From positions 682,001 to 746,000 of the forward strand of contig MU056756.1 of assembly GCA_013239625.1 (NCBI GenBank): DNA of 64,000 nt, read 5' to 3'. Source of the stretch: Lama guanicoe. Taxonomy: Eukaryota. The notes under the pieces are model-generated. The model did no database searches, was not told where the DNA came from, and saw only the letters and a program-made list of their open reading frames with translations. A program made the translations under genes and the position numbers. Below are positions 48,601 through 57,600 of this stretch, piece after piece; the stretch's first letter is position 1; each line of letters starts with the position of its first letter.

Positions 48601-51600
48601 CACCCCCTCCTCGTGGGACACATGCCGGTGACGGTGGCCAAGCAGCAGGAGTTCAAGGTGACGGTGGGCGGGCCCGGGGCTGCATGTCCCGCGTGGGCAG
48701 TTACCAGCAGGGAAGGGGCTCGGCGCGGCCCTGGGCGCCGCCTCTCCAGGCGGCTCGGGGAGGGCCTGGTGGTATGAGACCAAAGCCCACTTTCTGGAGC
48801 CACAGCTGGGCCCCCCCACCTGGCACTTGTGATCCAGGCCCACATGTCTCGGCCCCAGGGGCTCCCGGCCTCTCACTCGGGGATGCTCAGCCTCCCCGCG
48901 GGTCACCGCCGGCAGCCTCGTGGTCGCGTGAGGTGCAGTGCCTACTGTGCTGGAGCAGACCCCGTCTCGGGGGACGTTGCATCCCTGTTCCTCTGCTGTC
49001 GGTCCCAGCACTGCCGCTGGTGCCTGCAGGGGCTTCAGGACGTGGCTGTGTCTCCCTAAGAAGCACGACAGCCATGGCCATTTCTCACGTCTGGTCTCCG
49101 GCCGACACTCAGACCTGGAGCCCGCATGTCCCTGGGGCTCCCTCAGCTGAGGGGGACCCTCCCAGGGAGAGACGGGGCGCCCCCCGCGGAGTTGCGCGGG
49201 CCCCCCCCCACTGGCCCCGGACGGGCTCCCTGCCGCTTGCTCCCAGCGGGCGCTGGGGTCTGAAGCCACCGCAGAGGGAGCGCTTACCTCGGTGCTCGTG
49301 TCCAAAAAGCTCGTTTCTGGGACTCCACACACTGAGCTTTCCCCTGCCTTTGGAGTTGCTGTGGTTCGTGTCAGAACCCTGTCCATTTAAGACAGGCCTG
49401 CTTGCCTCCTCCGAGTCGTGCTTTAAACTCGGGCCTCTGATTTTACCTGCTTATAGATCGAATGTGCGGTTTATAACCCCGAGCCGTACCTGAATGACGA
49501 GGCCCGGCCAGACTCCTGTTCCACGGCTCACGGCTTCCTGTGGGTAAGATGCCTTTGTCTGTTTGAACGCACATCTGCGAAGAATCCGTAGTAATGGGAT
49601 GGGAAATTGCAGTTTGGAGCGGTTCAACAGGACGCTGTTAGGTGCCAGCGTGTCCACATTGTGCCCGCAAACTCAGAAGTCACGGAGCGGGAAGGGGAGC
49701 CCGTGCCTTCTGGAGCAGATGGAGAATGCCAAGGGGTTAGAATGTCCGTCCCTTTTGTTTTCCGTCTAGAACGTTGCCAGATTAAATTCAGTCCAAAGAC
49801 AGCTAGCTCAAGTGCCAGCATCACTGACGTGCTTTGTCGGTTTGGGCGGTGATGCTGCGTGGGCAGGGATCTGCGAGGAAGGCGTGGCTCGCAGGCGGAG
49901 CCAGCCCGGGGTCCGTCTGGCGCTGGAGCAGCCGCCCTCCCGCTGCGCGAGGTGCCGAGGGTGCACCCTGCCCTCGGCTCTCTTTCTGGGGACCTGTCTT
50001 CTCACGTGAGGCCTGTTACGCAATAAGTGTTACAGTGGAAACGTTGGCATCAGTCTGCTTTTTCAGACTTCGAATTATGTGTGGATCAGCCTTGACCACC
50101 GTGTGGTGCTGGGTGCGCGACTTTTAAAAGGTGAAAATGTGCCTTTGAAAAAACAAAACCCGAGTCTGTGTTATTAAAATTGAAAGGAAAAGGAATTTAA
50201 TTAGCGTGCTGCAGGGGGAACGAGGTCTGTTTGCAGACTGTTTAGACGTCACCTGGTTCTCGTGAGCGCAGTGGGTCCACCTGGGCGCCGACTGTCTCCG
50301 AGGCCGTGGGTGGGGTCCTGGTGGCCCTGGAGCGCCCTCATGCACAGCCCCCCGCCCCCCATTCAGATCGGAAGCTGTGCCGCTCAGATGGGCCAGATCG
50401 CCATTGTCTCCTTTCAAAGTCCCGGCCCCAAAGTCATCGAGTGCTTCAACGTCGAGTCCCGCATCCTGTGCATGGCGTACGTGCCCGCGGAGGAGAAGCC
50501 CCGGGGGCCCGGCGCCCCCCCGGAGCCCGAGGCTACGGCAGGGCACGCACTGGGCGTCCCCACCGTCTGCTTAGGGACGGAGGAGGGGAGGTGAGCCTGT
50601 TCGCTGTGCCACACGGGCCTCTGGGCTTCGTCAGCGGCAGGGCGGTGGGGCCCTGGTGGACAGTCCCCGTGGCCCTCTGCTGGGAGGGACCTGATGCAAG
50701 TGGACGTGGGCGGGTCTCACACTTGGAAGCGGCCGGTGACTGAGGCTGTGGATGTCACCCTAGGAAACCCCAGGGAGAAACGGTGACTCTTCGCAGGGAC
50801 TGTCTTAGGTGCACCTGCCGTTTGCACGGGCGTGCTTCGTTCTTACTCGTGCTTTCCCTGTGCAGCACTGATACTTTGGAGTAAAGCAGGGCTGTGTTCT
50901 GTGTCCTCGTTGACCTGAATGTCCGCAGGGTTTAAAGGAAAGTTAAAACGATTTTTCTGATGCGACATTCCAGGATCTGTAGGAAGAACTAAGATTGATT
51001 GATTGATTGATTTTTGAATAACTGGGAACTTGTCTCTTGAAGGAGAGATCACTGTGGGAGTGGCCGAGATTCCGGAAGGAGTTGGGGGGACGGGGAGGCA
51101 GTGCTGGGCGTGGCCGTGGGACAGACGGCCTGGCTCCCCCCACCGTGAGCGGCCCGTGTCAGCTCCCCTTCTCTCGCGCAGCATCTCCGTCTACAAGAGC
51201 AGCCAGGGCTCCAAGAAGGTGCAGCTGCAGCATTTCTTCACCCCCGAGAAGTGCGCGGTCCTGAGCTTGGCCTGCTCGCCGCGCAGCCTGTACGCCGGCC
51301 TGGTCAGCGGGGCCGTGGCCGTCTACGCCAGAGCAGAAGGTGACCGTCCCGCGGGCGTGGCTGTCCTGGGAAGGGGGTCGCTCTGGGCTGAGTGTCGCGT
51401 CCTGTCAGCGTCGATCACCCCTTGTCCCCGCCACGTGGAGGGTGTGAGATAGGTCGGCGCCTGCGGAGCACGCGGGAGGTTGCTCGGAGTCCGCCCCTGC
51501 CGACACCCGTGTTCCCGGAGCAGAGGCTTCAGTCTGGACCTTCATCCGCCCTCGCTCAGGGCCCCCGGGGTTTCCCTTCCTGGATGGAGCGAGGTGAGGC

Positions 51601-54600
51601 TGTCACCGGTCCGCACAGCCCTGCTCCACGGGACCCCCAGGCTAGCGCCGGGTCGGCACCTCCGCAGGGAACCCTGACGGTCAGCTTGGTACCCGCAACC
51701 CCGGTCTGGTCACCTGTGGCCACAGATTTGAGCGAATCCTACTTGGCCCTGAGGGGTGCATGATAAACAGGCTAAGACTGGGCTGGGCCGGCTGGGAGGG
51801 AGGTGGGGTGCTCTGGGCCCTGGGAGCAGCGCCTGCAGGCGCTGGGGGTCCAGGTCTCAGCAGGAGGGCGGAGCCCTGGGGGATGAGCGCCCCCCCGCCC
51901 CCCATGGGGAGTCCGCAGGCTGGGGCAGCCGCAGTCCCGGGACACGAGCGGCTGGAGGGCCGAGGCTGTTCCTCCTGAAGGCGGGTTGCGGGGTGAGGGG
52001 CACCTCAGAGCCTGATGACTCTGCGGAGCGCACGTCGTTCCTCCCCTGCTGGACGTGACATGTTGGAGTGAAGGCCACGCTTGTTCAGACTTAGGCGGAT
52101 TGATCGTGGGATTCTGTCTGCTGCTCTTCCCTGCGGCTCTGCCCGGCCCTGGTGGCACCACATGCTCACTCGAGCTGCTGCTTCCGCTGCCCTGGCAGAG
52201 GGGAGTCTCAGGGGATTATCAGCTGTTTGAAGGTTTGCAGCTGCCGTAATTCCGATCTGGGCTGGCAAGCCCCCAGCTTGGTGTGGGTCTCCACGGTCGC
52301 TAGCTACCTCCCCCGTCACACCACGTAGTGACCTTGCTTTTCTGGTGTGAGGACGCTTTAAGATCCACTCTTCTAACAACTCTCGACCGTGTGACACAGT
52401 GTCGCTAACTGTGACCGGGACGCTGTGCGCCAGATCCCAGGACCTACTCACCTGACAACGGAGGTTTGTGCCCTTTGACGGACGCCTCCCCGGCCCCCAC
52501 CCCCGGTCCCTGGAAAGCACCGCTCTGCGCTCTTGCCGAGTTCAGCCTTTGCAGATTCCGCATGTAGGTGAGAGCACACCGTCTGGCTCATTTCCTCAGC
52601 ATCACAGCCTCAGGTCCCACTGGCGTCGTCACAGGCGGCAGGATTTCATTCTCGTCACAGCCGACACGCCATCGTGTGTCTACCTGTCACATTTTCTGTC
52701 ACCGTTCATCCATCGACAGCTCAGGTCACGTGCGTGCTCGGCCATGTGAATGGTGCCGCCGTGAACGTGGGGCACAGATAGGCTTTCCAGTTAGTGTTTT
52801 CGTTTTCTTCACATAAATACCCAGAAGCAGGGTTGCTGGGTTACATGGTGGTTCTACTTTTAATTTTTTGAGGAGCCTCTGTACTGTTCTCCACAGTGGC
52901 TGCACCGATTTACATTCCCATCAGCTGTGCGCGGGGTCCCTTCCCTCCACGTCCGCACCACACTTGTTCTCTCCTGTCTCTGGCGGCGGCCGTTCTCACA
53001 GGTGTGACGCGACAGCTCACTGTCGGTTGGGTTTGCGTCCCCGGTGACTGTGACCATCTGTGGGCGTCTGTGCGTCTTGTGTGGAGACAAGTCTTCTTTG
53101 CTCTCGTTTTGTTGTTGAAGGCGGGAGGACTTGGCAGGCCAGAGGCCTGGGGAAAAGGGCCGCTTGCCAGCCACATTCTGATGCCAGTCTTTGACTTTTT
53201 AGGGAGTTGGCAATGTGGAATTCTGTGGGAAATTTCCAGACTTTAAAGTGGTGGCTCCAAGCATAATTAGCAGTTATGGGCCCAGCCGTGGTGTGGGCAG
53301 CCTGTTTGAGGACTCGGGCCTGCAGTGAAAACCTTTGAGGAAAGTGGCCATATCGCCCCCATTTTACAGATGAGGAAACTGAGACTAGGGTGAATAGTTT
53401 GCCCAGCACATGCACCAGGCGGCTGGGCTGGGACCAGAGCAGAGGCCTGCTGACTACGTACGGGAGCTCCATGCTCCGCCGCTTGGCCAGATCGCCCTGG
53501 GGAAGGGGGCTGATTCTTGGAGCTGTGGACACACCGCGAATCGGGCCCGCGTGTGAGAACATCACAGATGACTTTCGTTTGTCTGTCACTTAAGTGACCA
53601 GTGCTCCTGTTCCGGTCCCCGTGTGCGGATAACTGAATTTGAATGAAACTAAGAGAAGTGTTTTCTTTTCAGATGGATCCTGGAATTCAGAACCTCAGAA
53701 AGTGCTGAAGCTGGGTGTCCTACCAGTTCGAAGTCTCCTGATGACGGAAGACAGCCTGTGGGCCGCGTCCGGGGGCCAGGTGTTCATCATCAGTGCGGGG
53801 GCTCAGGCTGTGGAGGTGAGTCGCTCTGTGTGAGCACGGCGGGAGAGGAGGCACTTCAGAACTAGAGGTCGGGGGTGCCTCTCGCACGTGGGAAGCTCAG
53901 GCGGCCTCTTGGCTGTGGCTCCAGCTTTATCCTGCTCAGCGTTCCTGAGGGAGGGATGTTTAAACGCAGGCAAAGCCGGGCTTCCAGGATGCAGACAGCA
54001 GAGTGGGGGCGGGCGTACCTGGAAGTGGCCATACGGAAGAACGTGATAGATTTAGTCAAGCTATAGAACACTTTCTTACATTGAATGTGTGTTGTTTGTA
54101 TAGAAACTTTTATAAATGAGAAATTGGGAAAATATCGCTCCATCTACGATCGAGTGTGAATGTTCTTAATACAGAGAGAATTCTTACTAAGTTAAAAAAG
54201 ACACCAAGCTGATAGAAAGTGTTCAAAGGACAGGAAGAGGCGTCTCAGAGACAAGGAAGCACAAGTAGGCTCGTCGTGTCCACGCCCAAGCGTCCTCGTG
54301 GTGTGTGTATAAATGTATGTGTTTGCAGAGTCGTGTGCACGTGTGTAACCGTGTCCATGCGTGTGCACCATGCACATGCACATTAGCATCCTTAGCAACT
54401 AGAAATGGCTGTTGAACAAGGACCGTCCACGGGTGGGCAGAGGGTAGGCCGTGCACGCCGTCCAGCGATGGTGCTTGGGGGCACATGACTGGGGAAGCGC
54501 CCTCAGCGCGGCGTCTCCAGACGGTGGCCCTGTGTCACCTGCTGTGGCTCCCCGTGCCCGCGATGCCGCAGTGACCTTGCTCTGCAGAGAAGCTCGTGGC

Positions 54601-57600
54601 CCATCTCTCCCTAAGTGCTTGGGAGTCCCCACGAGAGCACCGGGGGCAACTGGTTCATCGTATGCCCGTCTGAAAGGAGAACCTCACCGTCCTTACTCTT
54701 GATCGTCTGCAACATCCAGTGGTCGTGACTGAAGACGTACAGGTGGACGGAAGGGAAGGAAGAAAAGAGGAAGGCGTCCCTCGAGCCCCACCCCCAACGT
54801 CGGGGAGAAGCAGGACGAGGGGACGTCAGGGATCAGGTGTTAAAGGTGACCTGGTGGCGGAGCGTCTTCTGAGTCGATGAGTTGAATTCCTGACGTTCTG
54901 TAGAAAGACAGGAATGCAGGGCCCAGCGGACCAGGCCCGAGCCCACAGGCCCTGCTCTTCTCCAGAGACCTTTAGGGTCACACGACTTCTAGGTGGCAGG
55001 AGGCGTGGAGACACTGTTGCCCAAAAAGTCCCTTTTCAAACAGAAAACCGAGTCTGAGGCCGTGGGAGACCCTGCCTGCATCACAGGGGTGGGTTATTGC
55101 CCGCGTCATTTGTCGCCCAGCAGAAACGGGTTGCGTGCTTGCCTGGGACAGGGGCTGCCCCGGGGAAGCCCCCAGGCCAGGCGGGGGCCGGGAGAGGCCC
55201 GGCCGGGGTCAGGACTGGCCCCGAAGCCTGTGGGGCCTGGAAGCGTCACCACAGGTCTCAAGACAGCAGCCGCATAGCAGCAGAGCGGGTGTGGGGCACC
55301 TGTCAGACGTCCACGAAGCCGGCCCCGTCGGGGTGAGGAGGGGCTTACCAGGGGGAGACGCACAGCATCTCGGAGAAGAGGAGTGACGTGTGTCAGGACG
55401 GGAGAAAGTTCCTTGAGGGGCTTTGCCTGGAAACGGGGTGAGTCCGCGCATGGTGGGTCGGAGGGACCTGAGACTGTGTTCAGAGGAGCTTGGGGTTCCT
55501 GTCCTCAGATCCCTGGGTTTCAGGCTCTGTTCCTTTAAGCGCTCGGGGTGGTCGGTGGGCCGCCTCCCCGTCCAAAGCGGGGCCCGTCCGGGCAGCGGGC
55601 GAGGCCTGCGACTGCAACCTTGGAGGCAGCTGGTTTGGCTCCGTCTTGGAGCTGATTTGTGTGTGAGTCCCTTCTGGACACCAGCGCGCAGGTGCGGCCG
55701 TGAGCCATTGAGGGGGAGATGCGGAACCAGCCGTGATGCAGGCTGTGCTGACACTTCCCCCCAGAGACACGGGATCGCAGGCCGAGTGTCACATGTCACG
55801 CGTTTACTCAGGCTGCAAGATCAGTACACGGAAATCAAGTTGATTTCTGCACGTTAGCAGCAAACGATCTGAAAAAGAGATTTTTTAAAAATTCGTTTAC
55901 AATGACATCAAAAAGAGCAAAATAGAAATAAATTTAACAACAGAAGTGTACAATGTATACGCTGAAAACTACAAAGCGTAACTGAAGGCAATCAGGAGGA
56001 CCTAGATAAATGGCAAGGCAGCCCACGTGCATGGCTTGGAAGACGCAGTATCATTAACACGGAAATCGTCCCCAGGTTGATCTGCAGACTCAGCACAACC
56101 CTGTCCAAGTCCCAGCTGCCTGCTTTTCTTTTTCTTTTAAACAAAACTTGACAAGCAGATCCTAAAATTTATATGGAAACCCCAGGGACCCACAGTGGCC
56201 AAAACAATCTTGGAAAAGTACAAAGCTGGAGGCTTTGTACCCACGCTTCCCAGGTTCACATTTACTACACAGCATAGTGACCAAGTCAGCGAGGCCCAGG
56301 GACAGACATCCGGTCAGTAGAACGGAGCAGAGTCCACAAATAAAATCGCCTGTCTGGGGTCAGCTGGTTTTCAGCAGACGTGCCAGAGCAGTTCACTGGA
56401 GAAAGAGTCACCTTTTCAGCAAGTGGCCCTGGGACAGCCGGACGTCCACGCGCAGAAGAATGAGGGTGGACCCTGACCTAGCACCACAGACGAAAGCAAG
56501 GGGAAAAATGGATTAAACCCCAGTGTGGAGCTAAGCCTGTAGACGCCGTAGGGAAGAACGCAGGAGCAGATCTTTGTGGCCTTGGACCAGGCGGTGGTTT
56601 CTCAGGTGTGACTCCTGAGGCACAGGAAACCGAGGGAAAAATAGATGCATTCGACTTTATGAAAATCAGAACCTTATGGGCCTCGAAGGAAACTGTCAGG
56701 AAAGTGCAAAGACAAGCCCAGGAGGGAGAGGATGTTTACGAGCCGTGTGTCTGCCAAGAACGCGTAGCAAGCAGCTTGTGTAACGTAGCGCTCAGCGTCC
56801 GGTTAAAGCTGGATGAGGGATCTGGAGAGACGCTTCTACAGAGAAGACACACAGCTGGCCGCTGCCTGCGTGGAAGGGTTTGCGGCGGCGGCGTTCCCAG
56901 GGGAGTGCAGATCAAACCAGCCTTGAAACGCCACCTCGCTCACCTGCACTAGGATGGCAGCGGCGAGAAGGACGTGAGCTGCACCAGAGGGGACACTGGG
57001 GGATGCGGGGGATGCAAGCCTCGCTCGCTGCTGGTGGGAATGTGAAATGTGGCAGCTGCTGGAAACCTGTGTGTCCCTCAGAAAGCGAACCACGGGATCA
57101 CCACGTGGCCCAGCATTTCCAGCCATCAGCGCACACTCAAGAGGACGGATGTAGGCGTTCACACAGAGGCTGGTCCGAGAGTTCGCAGCAGCTTTATTTA
57201 CACGGGACATGTTGTATATACTTGCGACAGAAGGGACAGGAGCAACCCGGTGTCTGTCAGCTGGCGCCTCCTCACAGGGGGCCCGTTCATCATGAAAGGA
57301 GAGACGCGTCGGCATGGGGACCGTGTGGATGAGCCGGGAACGCCTGTGCTGCGTGGGCGAGGCCAGACCCCGATGCCGCCCGGCACCCCGTGCTGCTCAC
57401 CGGCTCTGCAGCCCCTGAGCGTGGGCCCAGGATGCCCGCCTGTCCCCGTGCAGTCTTCCATTGAGACAAGGTGGTACCCTTGGGCGGGGAGCCTCCCGTC
57501 CGACTGAAATTGGAGATTCACGTCCATTCCTCAGTCCAGCTCATCGAGTGCCGCATGGTCTGAGGTACAACGTGGAGATTTGACTACGCGACCCCTCTCC

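Noticed and set aside
48340-49386. 348-aa antisense ORF, and other long ORFs such as 4280-5188, 48684-49493 and 7203-7880
   Set aside because: Pro/Arg/Gly/Ala-rich translations with no recognisable domain; long stop-free frames are expected in DNA this GC-rich.
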